This document shows positions 1 to 12,525 of a stretch of 64,000 nt of DNA, piece after piece. The notes beneath the pieces are model-generated. The model ran no database searches. It saw only the letters and a list, made by a program, of their open reading frames with translations, and was not told the DNA's origin. Within the stretch, counting starts at the first letter, position 1; each line of letters begins with the position of its first letter. Location: the NCBI GenBank assembly GCA_003971905.1, contig RSEE01000048.1, positions 434,001 to 498,000 on the forward strand. The letters run 5' to 3'. The DNA is from Moniliella sp. 'wahieum'. Its lineage: Eukaryota. Position numbers and translations under genes: made by a program.

Positions 1-283
1 TGAAGGACCACCCGTACTATGTTGGCTTGCAGGCCCACCCGGAACTCGTCTCGCGGCCGCTCAACCCGTTCGCCGCCTTTCCTCGGCTTGGTCGCGCGCG
101 GCAGGCCGTCTGGACGACCAGATTGCGCGCCAACGCGCCTCGTTCAAGCCCCCGCACCCGGAGGAGGTGATGCTACTCGAGTCGGAGGTCCAGCGTCGCG
201 CCGAGGCCGACGCGCGAACGCGATCGAGCGCTTTGTCAAGCCCGCTGGCACGCCCCCGGGCACGGCCACCCCGTTTCGTAACT
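1..283 (+). CDS. URA7: CTP synthase, C-terminal fragment (glutamine amidotransferase domain end); runs in from the window edge, stop position uncertain
   Basis: Frame 3 from base 3 reads KDHPYYVGLQAHPELVSRPLNP, then after a 1-nt shift SPPFLGLVA. This is the HPE catalytic motif region of CTP synthase. Confidence 0.8.
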
Positions 284-1368
284 TGCTCGGCCTGCCCGCT
301 GGGGGTCCCAGTGAGCTGAGATGGAGCAGCTGTGGTCCCTCACCGAGTCGACGGCGATCATCAATCAGCATTGGTCATTTGCGTGGTGTTGGCACCCATA
401 GGAACACGTTGGGAGCTTGTAGCTGGATGCCTGAGCCGCAAGCAGGTGGACCCAGTGAGCTAGTGCGGTCGGGTTGGAAGGGTGTACTGCTTAACAGGGA
501 TGTCGTGACAGGGGACGCGTTTAGCTTTATGTTGTACGTTGACCTAAGCCCTAGCGTGTAAAAAAACTGGCGTGCAACCCGTCTTGACTGCTGCCGGCTG
601 CTGCCGCCGCTGCTCAATGGGGCCAGACGGGGGTGTTGTGCAGATTGGGCGCTCTGTTTTCGCTCTGTTTTCGCTCGGCTCCGACCCAGTGCTGAAGCGC
701 TGAGCGTTAGCGCTCCGTGCTGCGTGCTGCGTCGCTCTGCCCCCCCGGCTGAGCCTCAGCACCCACACCACGCCCATCCCCCTCCCGACACTCGCCCCGG
801 GCGAGCGGCGAGCATGGAGCAGCGCACCGCACCGCGTCAGTGCAGGACGGGACGGAGAGGCAGGCACACGGCCCCCCGCCCCCCCGGGCACTTGGGATGC
901 ACTACACTGCCCTCGTCCGACCGCGATCGGCGTAGGCCGGCCGCATGCGGAGCAGGCACCAGCACGGCGCCCGTGTACGCCTGCTTCCAGCACGGAGGCA
1001 GCCGGGTCCGACAAGCGCCGCCACGCAAAAGCCAAGCCGTGCGGGCGCCCGGCAGAGGGTGCTCGGCGGTGGCCTTCACGGTCACCTGGAGCGTGAAGCT
1101 TCAAGCTTGGCGAGAGGGGGCGAGCCCTTGGGTGCTGCGGCGGAGATCTGCTCGGACCACTACCACCCATCCCTCCCTTGCGCTTCTGCCCTTCCCCTGC
1201 CCCCCTCCGCCCCCTCCGCCCCTCCCGCCCCCTCCGCCCCTCCCGCCCACACTCTCTTCACCCGCTGCGGCTGGCCGCACTCCGCCCACAACTCCTCTCC
1301 CTCTCTCCCTCGCCTTCTCTTGCTCCTCCTCCCTTGCTCTTTATCTCGCTCCTCTCTCTCTTCCGCCC

Positions 1369-2683
1369 ATGCCCGCCCACCCGCCTTCTGCGCTCCCCAG
1401 CTGGCCTGGCCCGCCGCCGCGGCCCACAGCCTCCCTCCTCCCGAGCTGGACCTTGACCTGGCCCCGTTCCCGCCCTCGTCGACGCCAGCGACGACGACGA
1501 CGACGTTGACAGCACCAGCAGCTCCCCTTCCACCTCTCTCGGCTCGCTGCGCGACTTTGCTGCGGTGGGCGTACACCCGATTGGCGCCAAGCCGCTGCCC
1601 GACGAGGTCCTGGTCCCCATCCAGTCCGTCGCCCCGGGCACGCTCGCCCACTTTTCCCACCCGCCGCGCGTCACCACCTTCCGTATCGACCCTACTCCTC
1701 CCTGGCTTGCTTCGTCCGAGCCGGACAGCAATGCGCTGATCGAATGCTGGGACTGGGACAACACGTTTGGTCCCGCCCGGTTATGCCCACTGCCTCTCCC
1801 CGTCCGTCGAGCCAGACCCATGGACGCAACGTCGAGCGCCGTGCGCTCTCTTCATCTCTTCCTTCTTCCTTTCCGGCGCTCGACGCTTCCCCCCCCGGCG
1901 TCGCCGCTGTCGCGCTTGTCGATCGCCATGCGTCACGCCGTCCAGCGTCGTCTTAGTTTCTCCTCCGAGACCAGCCCAGACAGCCTGTCAGTCCGGGTCG
2001 GAGCCACGCTTCTCGCTCCCGCCTCGGTCCGCCGCAGATCACTGTCACTTCCCCCGACGGTCTGACTTGCCCATTTGTCGACTCGGACTCGGACTCGGAT
2101 CTGGATGAGGATGAAGATGAAACGAGGACCGTGGCCTAGGTCCGGAGAGTCATACGACATGCGCTCCAACGGTGCGGTCCGATGCCACGCCACGCTCAGT
2201 GCAGGGATGTGCGATGGACCTGCCTATCCCCACCGTGCTAGTTACTCCCCCGAGTCAGAATCGGGATGAAACGAGGGCCCTACCTCAGCCTCTCTGGATC
2301 CCGTCTCCGAGGCGACAGAGACGGACTGCGTCCCCGTGGCGGCCATCTTGGACCGATTCAAGGGAGAGACGTTTGACGACGAGATCGACCTCTCTCTGGA
2401 TCTGGACCTCGATCTAGCCTTGGGCACTGGCATGGATCTGGCACCGGTCTTGGGCTCGCCGGCACCTAGGTTTCCCAGTCAATGGAGTGGAGAGTGCGTT
2501 GCGGTTACGTTTGACGATCCCCTTCCCTCGCACAAGGAGAGGGAATGCGAGTGGAACAACGACGCTGGCTCTTCCCCCTTTGCTGTCCCGACCGGCGTCC
2601 CTCTTCGTCCGCGGACATCGTGCAAGCGGCGAGCCGGACGCAATATGGTCCATCGTCTCGGCCTTCGGGCCGGACAGGCCTAA
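1369..2683 (+). CDS. Hypothetical protein, broken by frameshifts; boundaries approximate
   Basis: Consecutive GC3-rich ORF pieces (...GVHPIGAKPLPDEVLVPIQ...ECWDWDNTFGP..., a DS repeat, ...AILDRFKGETFDDEIDLSLDLDL...). No recognised domain. Confidence 0.35.
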
Positions 2684-3365
2684 GACCCGCTCGGAGGAAA
2701 TTGATCTTCCTCCCCTGCCCACCTTTAGCTGGCTAGAGGTTCGGGCGTGTGCCCCGCTAGTCGGGTTGTCCAGGGACTACTATCCCGCCTTCATTCGTAT
2801 CTCCCCCCTCCCCCCCCGCTCGCTCTCTTCCCGTGCTGCGTTGCCCGTCGCGGTATGTACATGTTGCGACACCTGCCGGCCCTTGTCTCGTCCCATTTCT
2901 CTTTGCCTTCCGTAACTCTTCTTTTTTTGCCCCCGCTGGCGCCTTGGTATGTTGACTGGGTACACCTGATCCCCACCCGTTTGCACGGGTTGCACAGCGC
3001 ATCGATCGAGCTCCGATCCCAGCCAGCTGCGTGGCCTGGCCAAACGTCCGGTCAACCAGTTTGATGTCTGCGATTCGTCTCGTTGCCGTGCCATCCGTAG
3101 TGTGAAAGACAATGAGACGCCTTTGCAATCTCATCCTCCTCTCATTCCTACTACTGCCATATATCAGTTCCCAGCTGAGCACCGACAGCGCTATCTCCTG
3201 CAGTAGCCTGCTGGCCGGCCGCCGAGACAGCATCCCATCCATCCCGTCGGATCACTAGTCAGAGTCCAGATGTATAAAGGAAAGAACAGGTACCACCACC
3301 AGCCACCATGGGATCCAAGCGCACTCATCAGCCCCCCTCCGCCTGCGCCCCGTCGGCCCTACCGC

Positions 3366-4774
3366 TCACAACGGTCCTCGCCGCAGCGCCCCGGCCCACA
3401 CTGACGGATCCGCATCCAATTCTTGCGCATCCGACTCGTCCGACGCCTCATCCGAATCAAACGGGTTCAGCTCCATATCGGCGTCCGTCTCACCAGGCCG
3501 GAGGGGCGGACCAAGGGAAGAAGCAAATGGGTGCGACGATGGCCTGGCGGGGGTAGCGGGCCAAGAGGAGCGTGGGCCGCCAAGGCCGGGAAGTTCGTCG
3601 TCCGACACCTCCTCCACGTCCAACACCTTGATCGTCCTTCGCCAGCAGCGTGGAGGCGAGTCCAGCTCGGTATCGGGCAGTGCTATTTGGCCTTCTGGGC
3701 CGGGGCGCGTCCTCGAGCGGAGGCGAGGTGGAAAAGTGGCGGATCGCGACCGGCACCAACGCCGCAACCACCATCCCGCCCAAAATCAGCGCGTTGTGCA
3801 CGAGACAAGATGGAACTCGTCGGGGCTGGCCATCTCGTCTAGTTTTGGCCAATGGTCACATAGATAAACGAACCGGCCGCGATGCCCAAGGCGGTCGAGA
3901 TCCAAAAGATGGGCAGACTGATGCCTAGGTGCGGGCGAGGACGTTGATGACGCTGTGGGGCGGGACGGGCGCCATGCGGACCACAACCAAGTAACTGATC
4001 AGGTTTGATTCTTGGTGATCCGCGCTTTCCAGCTGTCCACGCGGCGGCTTCCAGTTGGGCAACACACTCAGCCGCGCCCATCGGCTTGCTGATCAGGTAC
4101 GCCAGCGACGCCCCCGTGGCAATCGTCTGGCCAGCGCACAAGAGGAAAAACAGACAATCCAGTCAATACATGAAGAGACAAGAACAGAAGCGGCGGAGTA
4201 TCGATTAAGGCGGGACGTACACAAACAAACCAATGGGTAGGCAACTTTGGTGCCCCACATGGCGCCACCAAGGATGGACATGTACGTGCTTCCCGGCACG
4301 GCAAAGGCTGGAGGAACAAGTAGACCGATCCAGGAGCATCAGACGGGTATTGTACCGGTCCTTGTACCGTTTGAGCAGCGTGTTGAGTGCCTTGAGGTGA
4401 TCAAACGAGCGAGGCACGCGGAAATCCCCCTGTCCCGCATCCATCCGCGGCAAGACGCAGTACAGCGTCACGCCCAGCGCCCCACCGACGACACAAATCA
4501 CACACAGCCATTGCTTGCCACCGACACGAGCACGCGCCGCCGCTCGGCACGCGTAAGCGGCTTGTACGCCGGATCCATCGGATCGTCCGTATCCTCCAGC
4601 GGCGGGCCCTCGAGCCACTGCCGCACCCGCTGCCGCGCCCGCGCAACCCGGCGGCCGCCGCGCCGCGCGCCATGGCGGCAGGTCAGTGCGCGGAAAAAGC
4701 CTCGATGGTGATGCCGGCACTCGTGTCCGATGCAGCATCTGCCTCAGACTCGTATGCGGCGTCGGCGTCGGCAT
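3366..4774 (-). CDS. TMEM41/Tvp38 (VTT/DedA, SNARE-associated Golgi) membrane protein
   Basis: Stitched frames give FRVPRSFDHLKALNTLLKRYKD, PGSTYMSILGGAMWG, IATGASLAYLIS, RMAPVPPHSVINVLAPHLGISLPIFWISTALGI and IYVTIGQKLDEM. Intron GTACGT..CAG at 4220-4127. Stop uncertain. Confidence 0.8.
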
Positions 4775-5300
4775 CGAGTTCGAGCTCGGAGCTGTCGCGG
4801 TCGTCGCGAGCCGAGGCGGGGCCGGCGGAGGTATGGAGGCTGACCGGCTGAAGGCCGAGTCGGCTGGGCGCCGTCGTCGTCGTCGTCGACGCGATGGTGC
4901 CGACACGCGGGCGGCGTGGGTACGTGGGACGGAGGGAGCGCATGATGGCCCACGGCGCTCCAGCTGCTGGTGGCGCGGCCGAGGGGGCGCGGGTGGCGGC
5001 GGCGGTGCGGCGCAGCGGTGAAAGTTGCAGGCGGGCGCCCAAATGCATAACCCTGCTGCCCAGCCACGTGGCTTAGCCAATCCCCTGCTGACCTCAGCAC
5101 CCCGTCTCGCATTCGCAGGAGAGCCAGCAGCCGCCGACTGCCATTACGAAGACAGCACACAACCCTACCCGGCACCGCGCCCGGGCCACCCACACTGGCG
5201 CCGTTGCGGTGCTGGCAGGCGGCGCTGCATGCTGGCCGGCTCTTTTCGCCGCCACGCCGCCGCCAGGCAGGCAGCATCCAGCCCACCACACCCCTCCGCC

Positions 5301-5899
5301 ATGCTGCCCACCGCCGCGTCGCCGTCGACTTTGCAAGGTCTACTCCCAGCTCGCCCTCGGCCCGAAACCATCTCGGGCCTCGCCGCGTTCAAGAAGCGCG
5401 CCGACGACGCCAAGAAGCACCTCGTCTCCCTCCAGGCCGAGCCCACCACCGTCGACTTTGCCCTACCGCAGCATCCTCAAGGTGCGTGCCCCTCCCCCCC
5501 CCTTGCGCATCCTGCGCCCCCGCCCCCGCGGCAGTATCACTGACTTCTATGGCTGGACCGCGCTGCGTGCAGAACACCAAGGTGGTGGATGAGCTGGAGA
5601 GCTGACGTCCAAGTTCCAGCCCGTGACGTACGACGTGGCTGCGCAAGTCAAGGCGATTGACGCGTTTGAGGCAAGGCAGTGGAGCAAGCCGAGGCGTCGG
5701 CGCAGAAGGTCGACACTGAACTTGTCTCGCTCAAGGCGACTGGACAACATTGCCCAGGCGCGCCCGGCGGACAGCTGACAACGACGGACGTGATCAATGC
5801 CAAGCCCGAGATCCAGGCCACGTTGCCGAGATGGTCAAGAACGGCAAGTGGGGCGTGCCCGGGTACTACGAAAGAGTTGGCTCCCTTTCCGTCATCTAA
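5301..5899 (+). CDS. ATP7: Mitochondrial ATP synthase subunit d
   Basis: KVYSQLALGPETISGLAAFKKRADDAKK..PTTVDF..YRSILK/NTKVVDELE..FQPVTYDV..EMVKNGKWGVPGY. Intron 5482-5572 (GTGCGT..CTGAC..CAG). TAA at 5897-5899. Confidence 0.88.
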
Positions 5900-6941
5900 T
5901 TGCGCCGCCCTTGCACTCTGCGGCAGCGAAAGGTCAACCATGCTTTGTTTCCCATATGCTCCCCCTCCGGCGACTCGGAGTGGAGGAAGAGGCTCGGGAA
6001 GTGGCGGATGGGGACAGATAGGTGGGAAGGTGCGTACGGGTGGCTCAAGCGGCGATGCGCCCGGGAGGACGGGGATAGCTGGAAGGAAGATCCGGGGTGG
6101 GTCTGGGACTGGTGTGTGGCTGCGGTGCCGATGTTGACGCCCGCAGCCTGATGGGACAGGAGAGGGGCGTGCGTTGCCAGCTTGGGCCAGCCTTGCGACT
6201 GTTCTGTCCTTCTCATCGCGGACATTGACGTTTGTCTACAGTAGCATGTAAAGAAGTGCGATGGATCGTAACATGAATACTCTACGAATGGGGGGAGGTC
6301 CATGAGGATGCTCGTGGCTCATGAGCGGCGTGAGCGGAAGGGGGTACAAATCAAACGGGGCTTATTGTTAGTACAAAAAGTGGCAAAGGAAGAGCCGTGA
6401 GGAGTAATCTGCTGTTGGCATTGGCATTGGCATTTGGATCTCACCTACCATCGGCAGCCGACTCTGCCAATTGGTCATCGTCTCGCCAGAGTCCTCTGCC
6501 GCTCGGCCCGTTGTCGGCCCGGCATCTGAGTCCGCTTCTTCTGACTCCTCTACTGGGCTTGCCTCGTTGTCCCCGCTGAAAGACAGGCGCCTGGGAACGT
6601 CGGGAACGCTTCGCATCTCGTCATTTTCCACATTGCCATCTTTGTTTCCATCTTGGTCCTCATCCACCTCTTCGCTCTCCTCGGCCCATGCAGTCGCCAC
6701 TGCCCTTCTTGCGCCCGTCGCTACCTCCCTGCGCTGGCTCGATGGGCCTTCCTCCTCTACCATCTTCGGGGACTGGACCGTGCGCCGTATTAGTCCATCG
6801 CTTGGAGTGCTCAAGAACGGTCGCGAAGGAAGGCGAGCACGGACAGACCATTTCGTATCCCAACACCACTGCAGGGATATTCAACTGGACTGTGAGGCAG
6901 TGGAACATGGGCTGGATCATGCCGGTGACGGTCGCGTACTC

Positions 6942-7122
6942 TGTCATAGTTTGGCTGATCTCGCTCCCATTTCCAATTTCTTCGTCTCGAGCGTCTCGCT
7001 CCTTCCCTGTTCCTTCCACTTCGCACCATGTCCTCTGTTCTTGCTTCTTCCCCACGAACGATTGCTACACCCCTTGGCCTAGTCCGATCCTGGTCTCCCT
7101 CGCCTTAGCCCCGACTGTGACA
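6942..7122. repeat. 3' terminal repeat (LTR-like, 181 bp), reverse complement of 12526-12706
   Basis: + strand TGTCATAGTTTGG...CCGACTGTGACA. The same peptide CHSLADLAP...LLHPLA appears in the + ORF 6471..7082 and the - ORF 12566..13336. Confidence 0.95.
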
Positions 7123-7137
7123 TTTTTGCCCCCTTTC
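7123..7137 (-). other. Polypurine tract
   Basis: Minus strand GAAAGGGGGCAAAAA directly abuts the 3' terminal repeat. Confidence 0.75.
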
Positions 7138-7139
7138 AG

Positions 7140-10100
7140 ACCTCATCTCCCGGGCGGCGACGAAGGCGAGAGAGGGCGAGTCGGCGGGCATGGGAGACAG
7201 GCTTATCGGGGTAGAGGGCGTGGAAACGAACCACTGGCTCGGCGTCATGAGACATGTCCGCAGCGGTACCCACTCCCTCTCGTGGACAGGATAGCCCCGG
7301 AAGTGAACAAAGTACTCAATGCGGCCTCCACGACCCTTGCGGCGAGAGTCGAGGACATGCTCGACCTCGTGATGAACCGCACCATCATCAGCAAACTCGG
7401 GGAGAGGAGGCGGGGGCTCGATCAAGCGGGCAGGGACCACGTCACCAGGGATGTAGGCTCGCAAGCGGGACACATGGAACACGTCATGGAGGTGTAGGTA
7501 GTCGGGGAGGCGGACCTGGTACGCGGCGCGGCCCACGGCGCGGACAATGGGAAAGGGGCCGAGGTAGATAGTCCAGGCCGTCAGAAGGCCGCTGGCTGGA
7601 CACATACCCGTCCCGACGGACCAAAACAGGCTGGCCGCAGTGAAGGAAGCCGCCTCGGTGCGCTGCTGATCGGCATAATGCTTGTAGCGTTCTTGGGCCG
7701 CGGCGAGCGTGCGGCGGGCCACCGCCTGGCCGAACGCAAATCCTCCAATATGACGCAGCATCGGGCACGGGCGAAGTGGAGGGCTCCAACTCCCCCGGGG
7801 GGAGTAACCATAGGTGAGGACAAAGGGGGACTGGTGGGTGCTCGAGTGGGAGGACTAGTTGTAGGCGAATTCGGCCGTGGGGAGGAGATCGAACCAGTTG
7901 GACTGCTGCTCGTCGAGGTAGCAGCGGAGGTACTGTTCGAGGATCTGGTTGAGTCGCTCAGTCTGGCCGTCCGTCTGGGGTGGTACGCGGTGCTGAGGCT
8001 CGACTTGATGCCCAAGTCGGCACACAAGGCTTGCCAGAAGTGGCTTGTGAAGGTCGTCCCCGATCACTCACCAGATCCCGGGGAAGGCCATGGTAGCGAA
8101 AGACCTGGTGTACAAACTGGCGTGCGAGCTGGGGCGCAGTGTCCGTCGTGTGGGCGGGAATGAAGTGACCCATTTTGGTAAAACGATCCACCACCACCAG
8201 AATCGCGTCGTAACCATTGGATCGGGGAAGCTGGGTAATGTGGTCCATCGTCAAGTGGGTCCACGGGCCTTGGGGAGGGGAAAGGGGCTGAAGGAGTCCA
8301 GCGGGTTGGTGGCGAGGCGCTTTGGTCCGTTGACAGCGGTCGCACGAGCGCACGTAGGCCCACACGTCGGCTGACAGGCGGGGCCACCAATATTGAGCGC
8401 GGACACGGGCCAACGTCTTGTCGCGCCCTTCATGGCCCGCCAATGCCGAGTCGTGGCTTGGTGGAGAATGGCAGCGCGGATCGGCGGGTCGCTGGGGACG
8501 TACACCTGGTTTCCGTGCCACAAAAGGCCGTCGCGGACCGTCAAGCATGGCGGGGTGTGCGTGGAGCCGTAGCAAGGGCCAACGAGGGTCACGAGGCAGG
8601 AGTTGGCGGATGCGCTGTCGAATCTCGTCGGCAGACACTCGCCCCACCACCGGTGTATCGGGGTCCGCCGCCATGAGCTCGAGGGCGGCGGCAGAAGTTC
8701 GGACATGGGCTCCCCAGTACTTGAGGTGCCGCGTCAGCGGGCGGGGCCCCTCAGCGAGGTCGGGACGGCGCGACAACCCGTCAGCCGCACCATTCTTCTG
8801 CCCGGCACGGTACCATAGCAGGCGTAGGGGGACAGGGTCTGGCGCCATCGGCCCTGGCGGCGGTTCAAAGGCGGGGACGGCGGAACGTAGCAATGGCCTC
8901 GTGGTCCGTAAGCACTTGGACAGTCTCAACACTTTCGACGTAATGGCGCCACACCTCCACGGCGGCCACGATGGCCAGCACCTCCTTTTCGGACGTAGTA
9001 TAGTTCAGCTCGGCCGCGGTGAACTTGCGAGAATGGAAGGCGACCGGCCGCCAACGACCGTGAACATCCTGCTGGGCGAGCACCGCACGAAGCGCCGCGT
9101 CCGACGCGTCAGTCTCGAGGCGAAGGGGGCGAGTGGGATCAAAGTGGCAGAGGAGGTGGGGCGAGGCAAAGACGCGCTTGAGCTCGGCAAACGCCTCTTC
9201 GCAGGCTGGGGTCCAAGAAAAACGCTGGTCCTTGCGTGTCAGGTCGGACAGAGGGGCTGAGATACGGGCAAAAGAACGGACGAAGTGACGGTAGTAGTTG
9301 GCGAAGCCGAGGAAGACTTGGACTTGGCGAGGGGTTCTGGGTGTTGGCCACGACCGAATCGACTCAACCTTGGACGGTCCATCCCGATCCCGTCAGGCGA
9401 AACGACGTAGCCCAGGTACTCGGTGCGGCGTGTGTGGAACTGACACTGTCGGGGTTGAGGTAGAACTTGGCCAGCTGCAGACGCCGGAGACCTCGGCAAC
9501 GTGGCGCTCGTGCTCCATCTCATTAGTCGAAAAGATGAGGATGTCGTCGAGGTATGCCAATACCGAGACGTCGAGGAGGTCACGGGGAGGTCGTTCATCA
9601 CGGCTTGGAAGGTGGCAGGGGCGTTGCAAAGGCCAAACGGCATAACAAGGGATTCAAAGTGTCCGTACCGAGTGCGGAAGGCAGTCTTACTCTCGTCGCC
9701 TTCTCTCACCCGCAACAAGTTATACCCCCACGGAGGTCAAGCTTGGTGAAGCGGGCCCCCGAGAGCGGTCCAACGAGTCACTAATCAGAGGCAGCCAACC
9801 GGTTCTTGATCGTAACCGAGTTGAGCGCACGATAGTCCACGCACAGGCGCAACGAGCCGTCCTTCTTTTTGACAAACAGGACGCCGCGCCGAAGGGAGAC
9901 TTGGATGGACGGATGAACCCTGCAGCCAGGTTCTCCTTGAGCCACTGGGACAAGGCCTGCATTTCGCCCGTCGACAAGGGGTAGAGGCGAGTGAAGGTGG
10001 GGGCGGCGCCGGGGACAAGGTCGATGGCGTGATCGGCGGCACGATGGGCGGGGAGCGTCTTAGCCCCTGACTTGGAAAAGGCGCTAAGGAAGGAGTGGTA

Positions 10101-11135
10101 GCGGGGAGGGACTGTCTGGCGGACGTGCTCGAGGTACTCGGGTGTGTCACACTCGTCGGGAAACATTGGCTCGGGACCGCCAGCGACCGCGACGGACGAG
10201 ACGGCCAACTCGGGCTCAGGGGGAAATGCGACGTTTACCATGGCCTCGGGTTCCTTGACCACCTCGAGCTCAAACTGCTCCAGAGAGAGAATGTCAATAG
10301 GCGGTCCAGACCGAGAAGGCAAGGAGGGACCCGGGCCAGAGGGCGCCGAGGAGGGGGTGTGGGGAAGAGGCTGCGTACCGCGCGACGGGGGGTGGGACGA
10401 AGTGGGTAAGAGAGGGGAGGGGACGGGCTGGGAGGGACCGGGAGGGAACCGAGGAGGAAAGGAATCGAGTTGACAGAGGGGGGCGAGATGGGGTTAGATG
10501 GGGAGGTGGACTTGGGCCGGGGCCCGGGCGAGTGCTGGTGCTGGTGCGTAGTCTTGGTCTTGGGCTGGTCTTGGTGCTGGGGCTGGTCTTGGTGCTTGGT
10601 CTGGTCTTGGTGCTTGGGCTGGTCTTGGTGCTTGGGCTGGTCTTGGGGCTTGGGTGGGGGTTGGGGCTGAGGCCGGGGTACAGTCGTGGAAGGCATATGG
10701 TGATCACGGCACTGCACCTTATCAAAGTAAAGGGTGTGCGAGGGGTAGTCGGTGCTGGGGTTGTGAGTCTCAAGGAAAGGGAGGCCGAGGATGAGGGGGT
10801 GATGGAGGGAAGTGAGGAAGAACTCCTCAGTTGAGACATGGGAGCCGATCACGACAGGCGCCTTCACCGCTTGGGTCACCAGACCCGAGGAAATGGGACG
10901 CCCGTCTACCACCCTGACGACCACAGGCGACGGCAGCGTGCGAGGAACCAGGCCATGCTGGCGGGCAAAACCATGGTCCATGAAAATACTGTTCGCACCA
11001 GAGTCGACCAAGGCGGTGACCGGGATCGGGGAAAAGGGAGACGGAGACGAGGGGCCAGGATGCAGATGGGCGAGTACCGTGAAAGACCGAGAGGAGGGGG
11101 GACAGGGCCCCACTGCCGCCTCAGACAGAATCAGC
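7140..11135 (-). CDS. Pol polyprotein (aspartic protease, RT, RNase H, integrase, chromodomain); many frameshifts
   Basis: ALVDSGA (PR); [28 protein letters not shown] and YLDDILIFS (RT); [20 protein letters not shown] (RH); [41 protein letters not shown] and YLGPFPI (IN); [29 protein letters not shown] (chromodomain). Confidence 0.92.
10535..10632 (-). repeat. 18-bp tandem repeat (QPKHQD-like) in the PR-RT linker
   Basis: About 5 copies of CAGCCCAAGCACCAAGAC variants on the minus strand. Confidence 0.85.
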
Positions 11136-12484
11136 GGCGGGGCCGAGGAGGCGGCGGGGAGACCTGGACGTGGGGCACTCGGCAATGAGGTGGTCACGGG
11201 AACCGCAGTAGAAGCACGCACCTTGAGCGCGGCGCTCGGTGCGCCGTGCCGCCGCTTCGGCGGTGGCGGTGGCTGCGCTGAGGTCCATGGGCTCGGCTTC
11301 GGGCGACGAGGGCCGAAACCAATGATTGCCGCCCGATCCCGGGGAGGTTGCGGTACCATGAGCGCCCAACGATTGCGATTGGTCGATGTCAATGGCCGCT
11401 GTGCGCAGTTGTTCGAAACTGATCCGTCCAAAGTGAGCCGACTCGCCGCGGGAGGCGATTGCGTCACGCACCCGCGGCTTCAAGCCGTACAGAAAGTGAT
11501 AGTAGCGGTCCTCATCCGACGCGTTGGGGTTCCAGCGACGCAGCAGAACCGTGAACGTAGCGGAATAGTCCGCTGCAGATCCCGTCTGCCGAAGACGACC
11601 AAACTCCTCAAACGCCTTCAGCGCCGGGTTGCGCTCGCCCCACTGCTCCAGGAAAGCTGCGCGAAACGCAGGCCAAGACCGGAGGGCGGGTGTGGTGCGC
11701 GCCTCCAGGGGAAGGGCCACCTCCGAACCGAACTGCTCGACCCAAGTGAGGGCCTCCCCCTGCAGCAGGCCCATGAAGCGGTCGATCCATGCCGCCGCGC
11801 CCAGATGCGTGAGGGCGACGCGCGCGTAAATCTCGAAGGAGGTGACGACGTGCTGGGCCTGGACCCGGTCCCGAGAGTTGGGATTCGCACCAGACGACGG
11901 GCGGAAACGAACGGGCTCGAACATCTTCGGCTCTTCCGACACCTTGTTCGGGATGGCGGTCAGATCACCATAAGGCCCAGGGGCGGGAGCGGGGGCGGGG
12001 CCCGAGGACACCACGCCAGTTTGAGCCTCCCGTACCGAGGCGGCCAACCGGGCCTCTTCCGCGGCGAGCGCCGCCTCCTCCCGCCGCTGACGGAGGCGGT
12101 GCTCACGGCGCTTCGCCTCTTGCTCATCCTCGAAAGCGCGGCGCTGGTCCTCCTGGGCTGCAAGGTAGGCCTGGTGTTCCCGGGCCTCCGTCAACAGAAG
12201 CTGGCGCATTCTGCGGGCCTCATCGACCCGGCGCTGAGCGGCCTCGAGGTCCAGGCCGGACAGGTCGGAGGCAGGCAATGTATACCCCGGGGGCGCGGGC
12301 GCAACAGACGGAGCTGCATGGGGGGGTTCAGAGGGGCCAGCCGGGTGGAACCACTCCGGGCCATCGTCGTCGAACGGAGCGTCAGAGGGGGGTCGGACGG
12401 GGGTCGGATCGGGCCGCGCCGCGCGATGGGGTGCGGCGCGCTAGGGTTACTGGGGTCATGGGGGTTGTCGTGGATCGAGGACAT
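11121..12484 (-). CDS. Retrotransposon Gag with CCHC zinc knuckle
   Basis: ORF 11121..12278 contains LLQGEALTW, LRQTGSAADYSATF, FLYGLKPRVR, EPMDL and CFYCGSRDHLIAEC. Probable ATG at 12484 with one frameshift. Confidence 0.88.
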
Positions 12485-12514
12485 CTCTGGTCGGGCTCGC
12501 CTGTTGACGGTTAG

Positions 12515-12523
12515 ACGAACGAT
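12515..12523 (-). other. Putative self-priming primer-binding site (Tf1-type)
   Basis: ATCGTTCGT lies 2 nt downstream of the 5' repeat and is complementary to ACGAACGAT inside that repeat (12594-12586). No tRNA-type TGG PBS. Confidence 0.65.
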
Positions 12524-12525
12524 AA

